64,000 bases of DNA from NCBI GenBank assembly GCA_965217775.1, contig CBDCJH010000002.1:1888001-1952000 (forward strand), in the 5' to 3' direction. How positions within the stretch are numbered: the first letter of the stretch is position 1; every line of letters begins with the position of its first letter. Below, piece after piece: positions 19,712 through 30,333 of this stretch. Source of the stretch: Acidobacteriota bacterium. GTDB taxonomy: Bacteria; Acidobacteriota; UBA6911; RPQK01; JAJDTT01. The notes under the pieces are model-generated. The model saw nothing but the letters and a program-made list of their open reading frames with translations. It had not been told where the DNA came from and did not search any database. Position numbers and translations under genes: made by a program.

Positions 19712-20536
19712 TCAATGCTCCCGCCCGGGCACGCCTGCGTTCCCTCGAAGATGGTCCAACAGAAGATAGAGGAAGGATTCCAATTCGCCCGGATGTTGAA
19801 GCTGGTAGTGGGCTTCGGTGGCCGAATCGACCCCGCCCACCACGACGGTCAGTCCCTTCCCGCTCAGCGCCTGAAAGGCCGTCTCGTCGGCCGGGCACGT
19901 CCCCGCGTAGAGGGGGATTCGTCCGGTTCCCGGCGGCGCCAATTCAGCCGCGATCCGTCTCGCCGCTCTTCCCCGATCCCATTCCAACCGGGGCCGCACC
20001 TGCAGTCCGTCCCGGTCGCGGATCTTCCGGAGCCGAGGATATCCCCTCAGAACCGAATCGAGAATTCGCTCCACGTCATCCGCGCGGGTACGGGCGGCCG
20101 GATCCAGATGGAGGCGCAGGGTGATGTTCCTGGGATCGACCAGTACTCCGCTCGTTCCCAGGAACGCCTGGACCAGATCGGCCGCAAGGGAGCGAATCCG
20201 CACCACCCACTCCGCCTTGGTTCGCGCCCCGCTGCCCAGTCCCGGTCCCGAGAAATCCAACCCGTCGCTGCCGGCGTGAAAGAGGCCGTCGATATCCACC
20301 ATGGAGGCCAGGTCCTGCCGTCCGCGCCGACTCACGATCACCGTGGGACATCGACCGGCCAGTTGGCGGAGGACCTCTTTCATTCCCCGGGACAGTACCG
20401 CCATGTCTTCTCGTGAGACCAGAGGCGCCAGCGCGCCGTCGTAGGACAGAAAAAGCAACGGCTGCCGGCCCTGAAGGCGATGCCTGATCCGCGGCCAGTG
20501 GGCCAGGGCGGCAGGCAACCGGCGATCCACTACCAT
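19712..20536 (-). CDS. Trehalose-6-phosphate phosphatase (OtsB)-like HAD protein with degenerate catalytic motifs
   Basis: FLSYDGALAP, HAGSDGL, VRPRLEWDRG, YAGTCPADETAF align to OtsB motifs. Confidence 0.7.
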   Translation of the reverse strand: MVVDRRLPAALAHWPRIRHRLQGRQPLLFLSYDGALAPLVSREDMAVLSRGMKEVLRQLAGRCPTVIVSRRGRQDLASMVDIDGLFHAGSDGLDFSGPGLGSGARTKAEWVVRIRSLAADLVQAFLGTSGVLVDPRNITLRLHLDPAARTRADDVERILDSVLRGYPRLRKIRDRDGLQVRPRLEWDRGRAARRIAAELAPPGTGRIPLYAGTCPADETAFQALSGKGLTVVVGGVDSATEAHYQLQHPGELESFLYLLLDHLRGNAGVPGREH

Positions 20537-20663
20537 CCAAGCCTCCAGTCATTCCAGTGTCAGCGTCGTCGGGTCCGCATTGTTTCTGCCCCTTCCCACC
20601 GAGTCAATTGAACCCGCCGCGCCTTGACTCACCCCGGTGTGGAAACTACCATCCCGAACCATC

Positions 20664-21869
20664 ATGAACGCGCGTCAACTCGTCGGTTTCTCTTGGTGCA
20701 CCCTGCTGGCGGCCGGAAGCATGGCCCTGGCTGAATCGTCCGATCTTCCGGTGAATTGGAAGAAATTGCCCGAACCCTTCCACACCAAATCGGCCAGCAA
20801 CCGTCCGCAGGTCGTCCCTCGCCCTGAAGGTGCGAAGCTCAATCTCCCCGACGGCTTCCAGGCCGAAGTCATCGCCAGCGGTTTCGAGAAACCGCGCTTC
20901 ATGCTCCTGGGTCCGACCGGAGAGGTCCTGATCACCGACAGCGGCAAGCGCAACGAGCCGACAGGTTCGGTGGTCCGGCTCATGCACGGCAAAAAAACCG
21001 TCCTGCTGGAAGGATTGGATCGTCCTTACGGGTTGGCTCGCTACCAGGGCCACCTCTACGTGGCCGAGCCCACCTCCGTCAAACGCTACCCCTACCAAAA
21101 TCAACAGATCACGGGAGAGGGGGAGGAGGTTTTCTCCCTGGCGGGTTTCGGCAAGGGCCATTGGACGCGGACCCTCCTCTTCGACCGGCAGCGGGAGAAG
21201 CTCTACGTGACGGTGGGTTCCAGCTCCAACATCGGCAAGGGTGACCCGGCCGTTCGGGCAGCCATCAACCTGATCAATCCCGACGGCAGCGGACACGAGA
21301 TCTTCGCCACCGGTCTGCGCAACACCGTGGGCCTGCGCTGGCGCCCGGGGACGGATGAACTCTGGGGGAGCGTGCAGGAACGGGACGGCCTGGGCGACGA
21401 TCTGGTGGACGATTACCTGGTCCACATCAAGCGGGGTGGATTCTACGGTTTCCCCGACGCCTATTCCGGCCCTCACAAGGAGCCGCGCCACCAGGAGACG
21501 GACCAGGAGAAGGTCGACAGCAGCCTCTACCCGGACGTCCTGCTGGGCGCCCACGTGTCGGTCCTGGACATTCTCTTCTACAGCGGCAGCCAGTTCCCCG
21601 AGAAATATCACGGAGGCCTCTTCCTGGCCTTTCGCGGCTCCTCCAACCGATCGGTGCGAGTCGGATACTCCATCGCCTTCATCCCCTTCCTGAAGGGACG
21701 CCCCACCTCGGGCCCCACCGACTTCCTCACGGGCTGGATGTTGGCGCCGGATCGGCCGGAGGTCTGGGGACGGCCGGTAGGGCTGCTGCAGATGGTCGAC
21801 GGATCGCTGCTGATCTCCGAAGACGGGGCCGGCACGATCTGGCGGGTGTCCTACGAACCCCAGAGTTAA
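20664..21869 (+). CDS. PQQ-dependent sugar/L-sorbosone dehydrogenase
   Basis: HWTR, VGSSSN, GLRNTVG, ERDGLGDDL, GRPVG...DGSLL; signal peptide. Confidence 0.9.
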   Translation: MNARQLVGFSWCTLLAAGSMALAESSDLPVNWKKLPEPFHTKSASNRPQVVPRPEGAKLNLPDGFQAEVIASGFEKPRFMLLGPTGEVLITDSGKRNEPTGSVVRLMHGKKTVLLEGLDRPYGLARYQGHLYVAEPTSVKRYPYQNQQITGEGEEVFSLAGFGKGHWTRTLLFDRQREKLYVTVGSSSNIGKGDPAVRAAINLINPDGSGHEIFATGLRNTVGLRWRPGTDELWGSVQERDGLGDDLVDDYLVHIKRGGFYGFPDAYSGPHKEPRHQETDQEKVDSSLYPDVLLGAHVSVLDILFYSGSQFPEKYHGGLFLAFRGSSNRSVRVGYSIAFIPFLKGRPTSGPTDFLTGWMLAPDRPEVWGRPVGLLQMVDGSLLISEDGAGTIWRVSYEPQS

Positions 21870-21966
21870 CGGAAAGGAGTCCGTGGCAAGCGTCGCCGCG
21901 GGCTGACGCGGTGCGACACGGCGCACAGGCCCGCTCCGGCGATGGCCCATTGCGTCCCAGACGGGA

Positions 21967-22626
21967 ATGGACCTCATGTCCGGGAAGAGCCTGAGCCAAG
22001 CCGGCTTCGCCCTCAGCGTACCGCTTCTGTTCGGCTTGACCCTCTTCCCTTCCCCGGATTTCTCCCACCCGGTTCATCTCGATCTGGGTCTGGCCTGCAC
22101 CCGGTGTCACGCCGGAGCCGAAACCGGCCGTCTCGCCGCCGACCAGATGTTCCCGCAACCCGCGGTCTGCCTGTCGTGCCACTCCGGCGGCAAGACCACC
22201 CCTCTCGACCCGGACCGTCTCCGCTGGACCGCTCCGGAGCGCACCTACCGGTTCGACCACGCCTTCCACGTCCGCCTGGGCGACCTCGCCCCGCTCCTGG
22301 CGGCCGCCATCGACGGCGGGAAGTATTTTGGTTCACCTCAGATCCGGCCCCTGCTGGATCGGGCCAGCGGCTGCACAGCCTGCCACCGGGGACTCGAAAC
22401 CAGCGAGGCCACTCCCCTTCCCGTCATGTCGGACTGCCTGGTCTGTCACTCGGAGATCGACAACCCCTTCAGTTGCAGCTACTGCCACCTGGAGGGGGTG
22501 AACCTGCGCCCCGCGGATCACACACCGGAATTCGCCGACCTTCACTCCACAGGCAAGATCAAGCTGGACAAGGCCAGTTGCCTGCCCTGCCATGGAACCA
22601 ACTTCGAGTGCCGAGGCTGCCATTGA
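21967..22626 (+). CDS. Multiheme cytochrome c (7 CxxCH motifs)
   Basis: CTRCH, CLSCH, CTACH, CLVCH, CSYCH, CLPCH, CRGCH; FSHPVH and FDHAFH distal-ligand motifs. Confidence 0.9.
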   Translation: MDLMSGKSLSQAGFALSVPLLFGLTLFPSPDFSHPVHLDLGLACTRCHAGAETGRLAADQMFPQPAVCLSCHSGGKTTPLDPDRLRWTAPERTYRFDHAFHVRLGDLAPLLAAAIDGGKYFGSPQIRPLLDRASGCTACHRGLETSEATPLPVMSDCLVCHSEIDNPFSCSYCHLEGVNLRPADHTPEFADLHSTGKIKLDKASCLPCHGTNFECRGCH

Positions 22627-22655
22627 GACTGATTCTGCCCAACGAACCGGGTGGG

Positions 22656-23924
22656 ATGTATGCCCCCTTCCTCCCCACTGCCGAGATGAGCCGCCACAAC
22701 GGCCTCCTCTACGTCGTGTCCATGTGCATCTTCATGTTCGCGGCGCCGGTGGTCTACGTGGGAGTGGTCCAGGCCGGGCTGCTGGACAAGCTGGGGGCCA
22801 GCGCCATGGTGGCCAACCTCCCGGCCTCCACCTATCTCCTGGGCGCCTTTGCACCGCCCCTCCTGTCGTGGCTGGTCCCCCACCGGTTCGTCCGAACCAC
22901 CGCCGTGGTCGCCTGCGCCGTGACCACCACCATGATCTCGGTGGTCTGTATCTGTCTCTTCGCCCCGGTCAGCGATATGGCCCGCTTGACCGCCGTCATC
23001 GGCCAGGGCCTGATCCAGGGTTTTTCCGCCTACACCTTCCAGGTGTACAAGTACCAGTGCCTGAAACGCGGCACCACACCCGAAGGGCGGGCCTGGGCCT
23101 TCAAATGGACGTTCGCCCTGGGTCCCATCTTCGCCGTGGCCGGCTCCCTCTGGGCCCAATACGTGCTGGGGGGCGGGATCGAGTGGCTCCCCTATCCCTA
23201 CGACTTCGGCCTGCTCTACCTGATCGGGGCGCCCTGCATGGGCATGGCCTGCTACCTGACGAGCCGATACCATCTGGCGCGGGTCCCGGAGACCCCGCGT
23301 CAACCCTTCGTCCAATACTATGCGGACAGCTTCAGATCCTTCGTTCGCCAGCCCACCCTGGTCTACCTGTGGCTGGGCTTCTTCATGTGGTTCATGGTCT
23401 TCACCGCCATGCCCACCCTCTCCCTCTACAGCCGGGAGGTCCTGGGCGGAGATCCCAAGGACTACTCGGGTTGGGTGATGGCCCTGCGCTTCGGCTTCAA
23501 GGCCGTGGCCGGGTACGCCCTGGGCGTCATCACGGTGCGGTACGGCCTTCGAGCCTCCCTCTTCGTCTGCATGGTGCTGTTGGGGACCTCCATCATCTGG
23601 GGCTGGACGGTTCCCGGCTACTTCTACCTGATCGCCTTCGGATTGATGGGAGCCGGCGAGCTGGGGGGCGCCTACTTCCCCAACTACATCGTCGGGATCT
23701 CACCACCCGCGCTCTCCACCATGAACATGTCGATTCTGATGATGACCAGTTGCGCCAGCTTCTTCGCTCCCAGCACCCACGGGGCCCTGGCGGACCACTT
23801 CGGTTTCCACGCCAGCTTCATCTTCGCCCTGGTGGCGGCGGTGGTATCCCTGTTTCTGATCGCCAAGCTTCCGAGAGTCCAGGCCAAGGACGAGGCGACG
23901 AGCTCGACATCCGGGGAGGCGTAG
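22656..23924 (+). CDS. MFS transporter
   Basis: About 12 hydrophobic segments; GALADHFG motif. Confidence 0.8.
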   Translation: MYAPFLPTAEMSRHNGLLYVVSMCIFMFAAPVVYVGVVQAGLLDKLGASAMVANLPASTYLLGAFAPPLLSWLVPHRFVRTTAVVACAVTTTMISVVCICLFAPVSDMARLTAVIGQGLIQGFSAYTFQVYKYQCLKRGTTPEGRAWAFKWTFALGPIFAVAGSLWAQYVLGGGIEWLPYPYDFGLLYLIGAPCMGMACYLTSRYHLARVPETPRQPFVQYYADSFRSFVRQPTLVYLWLGFFMWFMVFTAMPTLSLYSREVLGGDPKDYSGWVMALRFGFKAVAGYALGVITVRYGLRASLFVCMVLLGTSIIWGWTVPGYFYLIAFGLMGAGELGGAYFPNYIVGISPPALSTMNMSILMMTSCASFFAPSTHGALADHFGFHASFIFALVAAVVSLFLIAKLPRVQAKDEATSSTSGEA

Positions 23925-24019
23925 CGTCGAATGCCGCTACGGCGTTGCCACGGTCCATCTGCAAGTACATGCTTGCGGAACGTGAACGTGACCCGCACGG
24001 ACCCGCCCTCCGGTGAAGA

Positions 24020-26536
24020 ATGAGAGCAAGCGGACAGACCCGGAAGTGGACCTACCCTCTGCGCATCGGGGCACTCGCCAGCTTGTCGGTGGCCCAGCCG
24101 ATCCTGGATCTGCTCTCCCAGCAACCGGAGTATCTGGTCGCGCGCCAGGCCGGGCTCGTGGAAGTGTGGTTCCTGATCTTCTTCCTGATCCTGGCTGTTC
24201 CAGGTTTGGTCGTCGCCGGCGCATATCTACTGGGATGGGCCGTAGGCGTGAAGAGTTGGTTTCAGAGCGCCGGCATCGGCCTGTTTGGTTTTCTCCTCGG
24301 TCTGCTGGTCGTGAAAACTCTCAAGCAGGACCCGGGAATAGTTCTCATCAGCCTCGTAGGACTGCTCGCTTGTTTGACCGCTCTCGCCTACCATCGCTTC
24401 ACAGCCACTCGCCTGTATCTGACACTCCTGTCGCCGGCCATTCTCATCGTTCCGGCGCTTTTTCTGGCTGATCCCTCGGTTCAACGAATCCTCAATCCAG
24501 CCACGTCGCAAGGCGCTGCATTGGAACGCGGCAAGACGGATACGCCGATCGTCATGGTCGTCTTCGATGAACTCCCCCTTAAATCCCTCCTGGATTGCCA
24601 GGGCGGGATCGACTCCCTACGCTTCCCCAATTTCGCCGAACTGGCCGATGAAGCCACCTGGTTCCGGAACACGGCGACCGTTTCACCCTCCACCCGATAC
24701 TCGGTCGCGGCCATGTTGACCGGGAAACTCCCGCAGCCGGACCGGACGGTTCTGCCCGCTCTGGCCAACTATCCGGACAATCTCTTCACCTGGCTCCGAA
24801 ACTCCCATCGGCTCAACGTCTCGGAATCGACGACGCACCTCAGACCAGACGGTCCGGGACACAACGGCTTTCACTGGCAGAGTCTGCGCCAGTTTCTGGT
24901 GGACGTCTCGGTGATCTATCTCCATCTCGTCCTGCCGGAGCGCCTGACGTACCGGTTGCCCGACATCCGCTACGGCTGGTCCTGGCGTTTGGATCACCCC
25001 GTCGGGCAGTTCGACGTGTTCCTGCAATCCATCCCGGCACAGAGAGAGCCCGGGCTGCATTTCATCCATATTCAGATTCCCCATCTGCCCTGGGTCTATC
25101 TCCCGTCGGGCAAGCGCTATCTGCCTGGCGGGGACATGGCCTTGTTCTCCAAGAGGGGTATCTGGACCCGGCATGAAACTCTGGTGACTCTGGCATACCA
25201 ACGCCACCTGCTCCAGGTCGGTTTCGCCGACCGGCTCCTGGGCCGCCTGCTCCGGAAACTGAAGACTCACGATCTCTACGACCGGAGCCTGATCGTCGTC
25301 GCATCGGACCATGGAGTCAGCTTCCGCCCCGGCGGAAGCAGGAGGCATCTGACAGACGCCAACTTCAAAGACATTTTGGCCGTGCCGCTTCTGATCAAGG
25401 CTCCCCATCAGAAACAGGGCCGGGTGTCGGATCGTCCGACACGAACCACGGATATTCTCCCCAGCATCGCCGACATCCTGGGCGTTCCCCCTCCCTGGCC
25501 CACCGATGGAATATCGGTGACGGAAACCGGGACTCAGGAGAACAGAGACCTGGCATCCACGGCCCTGAGCATCGTTCGCCCTCTCGCGTTTCTGCGTTGG
25601 CGAACGACGGTCTGTCTGGAAGGCCGGGCTTTCGAAGTGACCCAAACGGAAACCCGTGCCCATCTGGATGTAGTGAGCGAGAGTGGTAACCGCGTTGTGT
25701 TCTTCGGCTGGACGGCAGACATGGAAACCCTGGAACCGGCCGATTCCATCCTCGTTTTCGTCAATGGCGAGTTGGCCTACCGGGGAATGCCTCGGCACCC
25801 GCGCCCGGATGTGGGCGAGCATTTCAAGGCCGCAGAATTGGAGAATTCCGGGTTTCTGCTCGAACTGGACCGGGAACTCTTCGAAGGGGGCCCACAGGTT
25901 CGATGCTTTGCCTCATTCGGGGACCGAATCCGGGAAGTCAAATACCCGGCGGGTTTCCCCTGGCCTGCCGAATCGGAAGACTTTTGGGAAGAGGCCGGGT
26001 CCCCCGATGCCGGCCGGATCTGTTCCCTCGATCAGAACGCGCAGCGTTCCTTTCTGATCACACGATCACTCACCCCGGCGACCCTCAGGAAGGCTTTTGA
26101 ACCCAGTGAATTCGAGATCCGTCTTCAGCAGTTGGCGTGGGATGCCGGCGAGGATGGCTTGTTCCAGCCCGTTCCCTTTCGTGCACTGATCGGGAAGCGG
26201 CTGGATCAACTATCCATACGGCCGACCCCGGGCCTCCAAATCGAGTTGGACAAGCCAGGCCTTCTTTCGAGGATGAGGCGGAGACTGGATCCCGACTTCA
26301 TTCCGGCCGCCGTCGAAGGACGAGTCTCGACGAAGTACGCGGAGATTTTGGCAGTGGCCGTGAACGGAATCGTCCGGGCGGTTGCTTCCACATTCGTCGG
26401 ACCGAGGGGCGGCCGGCGTTTCCAGGCGATCGTCCCCGAATCGTCGTTGCTGGAGGGGACGAACCGGATTCAGGTGTTCGCGGTGGGGCAAACGAACGGC
26501 GACATGATCTTGTTTTCCTCAGCCGAGGGCGACTGA
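24020..26536 (+). CDS. Membrane-anchored sulfatase/LTA-synthase-like hydrolase or transferase
   Basis: Five N-terminal TM segments; VVFDEL, PHLPW, VASDHG, VPLLIK, DILPSIAD. Confidence 0.8.
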   Translation: MRASGQTRKWTYPLRIGALASLSVAQPILDLLSQQPEYLVARQAGLVEVWFLIFFLILAVPGLVVAGAYLLGWAVGVKSWFQSAGIGLFGFLLGLLVVKTLKQDPGIVLISLVGLLACLTALAYHRFTATRLYLTLLSPAILIVPALFLADPSVQRILNPATSQGAALERGKTDTPIVMVVFDELPLKSLLDCQGGIDSLRFPNFAELADEATWFRNTATVSPSTRYSVAAMLTGKLPQPDRTVLPALANYPDNLFTWLRNSHRLNVSESTTHLRPDGPGHNGFHWQSLRQFLVDVSVIYLHLVLPERLTYRLPDIRYGWSWRLDHPVGQFDVFLQSIPAQREPGLHFIHIQIPHLPWVYLPSGKRYLPGGDMALFSKRGIWTRHETLVTLAYQRHLLQVGFADRLLGRLLRKLKTHDLYDRSLIVVASDHGVSFRPGGSRRHLTDANFKDILAVPLLIKAPHQKQGRVSDRPTRTTDILPSIADILGVPPPWPTDGISVTETGTQENRDLASTALSIVRPLAFLRWRTTVCLEGRAFEVTQTETRAHLDVVSESGNRVVFFGWTADMETLEPADSILVFVNGELAYRGMPRHPRPDVGEHFKAAELENSGFLLELDRELFEGGPQVRCFASFGDRIREVKYPAGFPWPAESEDFWEEAGSPDAGRICSLDQNAQRSFLITRSLTPATLRKAFEPSEFEIRLQQLAWDAGEDGLFQPVPFRALIGKRLDQLSIRPTPGLQIELDKPGLLSRMRRRLDPDFIPAAVEGRVSTKYAEILAVAVNGIVRAVASTFVGPRGGRRFQAIVPESSLLEGTNRIQVFAVGQTNGDMILFSSAEGD

Positions 26537-26556
26537 TTTCCACCGGCCCCCAATTG

Positions 26557-26672
26557 GGAGCGGCGGCTTTCTTGCCGCCGATTCGGGGGGTCTAGGGGGG
26601 ACGGAGTCCCCACTCCGCGTAGCGTCTTCCAACCGGGCGAAATGAAGAATGGGGGACAAGAATGCCCCCTCC
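26557..26672. repeat. REPIN-like pair containing an empty intron target site
   Basis: GGAGCGGCGGCTTTCTTGCCGCCG ... GGGGGACAAGAATGCCCCCTCC. Confidence 0.8.
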
Positions 26673-26753
26673 CAATTGTGAGACCGCCGTGGACCCAGAT
26701 ATAGTTATGTTCCACCGGCCGGATACGAGGGCCAAGCGACTCAGATCCCCACC

Positions 26754-28166
26754 ATGACGACAGACCTGCAAATCTTCGACATCTCGGTCGGATCCATCCT
26801 GGTTTTCAACGGCCTCGCGGTGTTCCTTCTCTGGGGGTCCGTACGCTCCAGGAGCAGCATCGAACTACCCACCTTCGCCGTCTGTTGGCTTCTGTACGGC
26901 ATCCGGATTCTGGGCCCGGTCGAGGCGGTCCGTACCGCAACACCAATCCCCCCCATTGGTTGGGACTACATCACCTTCGGGGCCTAATACACCCAAGGAA
27001 TCGCCGCCTGGTTCTTCGTCGAAGTCTTCTGGAGGACCAAAGCCGTATTTCGTTGCTTCCGCCGAATCTGGCAGTTCCACATCATCTTCGTGATCGTCGC
27101 GATGACGGTCGACCTCTACAACGGCACGCCGGGCTCGATGCTCCCGTACCACGTCAATCTGCTCCTGATCTACATCCTGGCCACCATCGCAAACTACTTC
27201 ACCGGACACATCCGGTACGAACGGGAAACCGCCCCCGCGTACATCGCCATGGTCATCGCCTCCGTCATCATCCTGCACGATGTGTTCGCGCGTCTCGGGT
27301 GGCTCCCATGGACCGTACTGCTGGGTGCAATCGGCAATTTCGTGCTCGCCGCCGCCATCTGCTACGCCTTGTTGCACCGCGCGCTGAACAACGAGAAGCG
27401 GCTCGCCACCATCAACGCCGAGCTGAACGCAGCCCGGCAGATTCAACATTCCCTCCTTCCCCGGCAGGGCCCAAGCATCGAAGAGGAATTGTTGAGCGTC
27501 CGGTATATCCCCATGGACGCCGTCGGCGGCGACTTCTACGACTTCATCCCCATCGACGATCACCGGTTCGGCATCATGGTCGCCGACGTCACCGGCCACG
27601 GCATTCCGGCCGCGCTGATCGCCACCATGGTCAAGACGGCCTCCGCATCCCAATCCCATGCCGTGGCGGAACCCTCCCGCGTCCTGGCCGGGATGAACGA
27701 TGCCCTCTACGACCAGACGGACCTCCACTTCGTGACCGTCACCTACGCCTATATCGACCTGGAAGCACACGAACTGCGTGTCGCGAGCGCCGGCCACCCG
27801 CCACCGCTGATCTATTCGCCGACGCGGAAGGCCGGCAACGAGATCGACATCAACGGTGTCGCGCTGGGCGTCCTTCCCCTCCAGAGTTACGAGACCGTAA
27901 CGGTCCCTCTGGCTCCCGGCGATCGCATCGTCATCTACAGCGACGGCGTGACGGAAGCCTCCGCGCCCGACGGCGAGGAATTCACAACAGAACGCCTGCT
28001 CAAGATGCTGGTGGAGCGTTCCAACACCACCACCGATGAATTCGCCGACTACACCCTCCGGCAACTGATCGATTGGACCCGAAAGCCCAGGCTCGCGCTG
28101 GACGACGACCTGACTCTCCTCGTCATCGACGTGCCTGAGAACGGGGAACGCACAACCCGCACGTGA
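26754..28166 (+). pseudogene. Membrane PP2C/SpoIIE (RsbU-like) phosphatase with one in-frame TAA at 26985-26987
   Basis: VGGDFYD, VADVTGHG, SAGHPP, YSDGVTEA, DDLT; ORFs 26754 and 27090 share a frame and hydrophobic sequence continues past the stop. Confidence 0.75.
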
Positions 28167-28199
28167 ATGTACAATGGTGCCTGATTGGAGAACACGAGC

Positions 28200-28433
28200 A
28201 TGGCAAATTTCGAGTTGTTGTCCCGCATCACATCGCGTTCAGATGTCTTTGGGGGAAAGCCCATCGTTCGCGATATGAGAATCTCGGTGGAACTGGTCCT
28301 GAGCCTGTTGGCCCAAGGCGTTACCGCCGAGGCCATCTTGGAGGATTATCCTGGATTGGAGCCGGACGACATTCGCGCTTGCACTGCATACGCCCACGCG
28401 GTGATCAGACCGACGACATCGATTGGAGCATAA
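28200..28433 (+). CDS. DUF433 family antitoxin-like protein
   Basis: RIT...VFGGKPIVRDMRISVELVL...ILEDYPGLEPDDIRAC. Confidence 0.85.
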   Translation: MANFELLSRITSRSDVFGGKPIVRDMRISVELVLSLLAQGVTAEAILEDYPGLEPDDIRACTAYAHAVIRPTTSIGA

Positions 28434-28680
28434 ATCGATCCTAATGCGAAAATCACAGTTCGTAGGATTTCTGCTGACACTCTGTTTCGGACCATTTGGA
28501 TTACTCTATTCGAGTGTCCCAGCAGCGTTGATATTGATCTTCATCGGACTCTTCATCGGACTTTTTACTGCGGGGATAGGAGCCATTGTCATTTGGCCTA
28601 TCTCAATTCTCGTCGGCTTTGTCACAGTCGCTCGTTGGAATGAGCGTTTGAGAAGACATACAACTGCACCACCGTTTTGA
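28423..28680 (+). CDS. Small membrane protein
   Basis: KSQFVGFLLTLCFGPFGLLYSS plus two TM segments; start uncertain. Confidence 0.6.
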   Translation: MEHKSILMRKSQFVGFLLTLCFGPFGLLYSSVPAALILIFIGLFIGLFTAGIGAIVIWPISILVGFVTVARWNERLRRHTTAPPF

Positions 28681-28929
28681 CGCAGTCGCTTTAGAATCGT
28701 ATTCGTTTCTAGAATCGCGTGCAGAAGAAGTTGCTTATGTGAATGCTCACCGGAACATGTTGGTCCACAGGACTACCGGATCATTAGGCCTCGCTATCCT
28801 TACACTTACCGGACAATCGGACGTACTTGGAAATATCCTTTGACATATTTCTAAACACACCTGTAGTTGTAGGCTTTATGGTGAAAACATGCCCTCACAC
28901 GGACACGGTACAGAGCTCCTTGCATCCGC

Positions 28930-30333
28930 CTACCAGATCCCCAACACCTTCCACCACAACCCACCGGCGACGAAGTAGATAAGGATATTCACCACGCTCA
29001 GGAGGCCGCCCAGCTTCCACCAGTCGCTCATCTCCACGTATCCCGTCCCGAAGAAAACGGGTGCCGGTCCGGTGCCGTAGTGGGTCATGCCGCTGAACAG
29101 GTTGCTGAAGTAGCCCAATACCAGCGCCGCCAGCAGGGGCGGGGTTCCCACAGCGATGGCCACCGCCAGGAAGGGACCGTACATGGAGCTGATGTGCGTC
29201 GTATTCCCGGCGAACAGGTAGTGGCTGTAGAAATAGAGCAAGCTCAGGAGGAGAAACGACCTCATCCAGTGCCCTTCCCCCAGGACGGCGGCCAGTTGGT
29301 CTCCGAACCAGGGGATCAGACCCATCGAGTTGAGGTGGCTGGCCAGGTTGATGAGGACCCCGAACCAGATGAGCGCGTCCCAGGCTCCCCTTTCCCCCAG
29401 GATGTCCTTCCATCTCAGCGTCCCGGTCAGGAGCAGGATGGCAAGCCCGGTCAGCGCCGCCACGGCGCTGCTGATTCCCAACTTGCCGCCGAAGATCCAC
29501 AGGATCAAGAGGAGGACAAAGGTGCCGAGCATGACCCGCTCCGATGCCTTGAGCGGCCCCATCTCTTCCAGCTTTCGCTTTGCCATCCGGGCGGCTCCGG
29601 CCGTCTCGGTGATCTCGGGAGGATAGATCCGGTAGAGGATCCAGGGGCCCACGGCGAGACACACTAGTCCGGGAACCAGAGCGGCCAGGAACCAGGTGGT
29701 CCAGTCGATCTCGATTCCCATCCCTGCAGCCAGCCCGGCCGCCATGGGATTGCCCGCCATGGAGGTGAGGAACATGCCGCTCACCACGACGCCGCCCTGA
29801 TAGGACGCCTTGATCAGAAACGCTCCCAGCCGGCGGGCGGTGGCGCCGTCCGGCCGGCTCCCGAAGGAGACGGCCACGGATTGCAGGATGGGGCAGATGA
29901 CGCCGCCGCAACGGGCCGTGTTGCTGGGGATGGCCGGGGCCAGGACGAGATCGACTCCGATCATGCTGTAGGCCAGCCCCAGACTCTTTTTCCCCACCGC
30001 CGCCATGAACAGGTACGCGATTCGCAGGCCCAGGCCGGTGACCAGGAATCCCCGGGAGATGAAGAAGGCGGACACGATGAGCCAGACCACCGGGTAACCG
30101 AAGCCGGCCAACGCCTCGTCCGGCTTCAGGACTCCGCTGAGCATGGAGACGATGACCCCCAGCATCGCCATGGCGCCCAAGGGCAGGGTCTTGGCCAAGA
30201 TCCCCACGATGGTGGCCAGGAAGATAGCCAGGAGTCGCCAGGCCTGGAGCTGCACCTCGTCCGGAGGCGGCACGAACCAGACCAGGAGGCCGATCAGGAT
30301 CGGGGGGAGGAATCGCAGCGGCAGACCGTTCAT
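28930..30333 (-). CDS. DASS family di/tricarboxylate transporter
   Basis: PSNTAR, MFLTSMAGNP, HYLFA, THYGTGPAP, WWKVLG; ATGA overlap with the upstream gene. Confidence 0.93.
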   Translation of the reverse strand: MNGLPLRFLPPILIGLLVWFVPPPDEVQLQAWRLLAIFLATIVGILAKTLPLGAMAMLGVIVSMLSGVLKPDEALAGFGYPVVWLIVSAFFISRGFLVTGLGLRIAYLFMAAVGKKSLGLAYSMIGVDLVLAPAIPSNTARCGGVICPILQSVAVSFGSRPDGATARRLGAFLIKASYQGGVVVSGMFLTSMAGNPMAAGLAAGMGIEIDWTTWFLAALVPGLVCLAVGPWILYRIYPPEITETAGAARMAKRKLEEMGPLKASERVMLGTFVLLLILWIFGGKLGISSAVAALTGLAILLLTGTLRWKDILGERGAWDALIWFGVLINLASHLNSMGLIPWFGDQLAAVLGEGHWMRSFLLLSLLYFYSHYLFAGNTTHISSMYGPFLAVAIAVGTPPLLAALVLGYFSNLFSGMTHYGTGPAPVFFGTGYVEMSDWWKLGGLLSVVNILIYFVAGGLWWKVLGIW

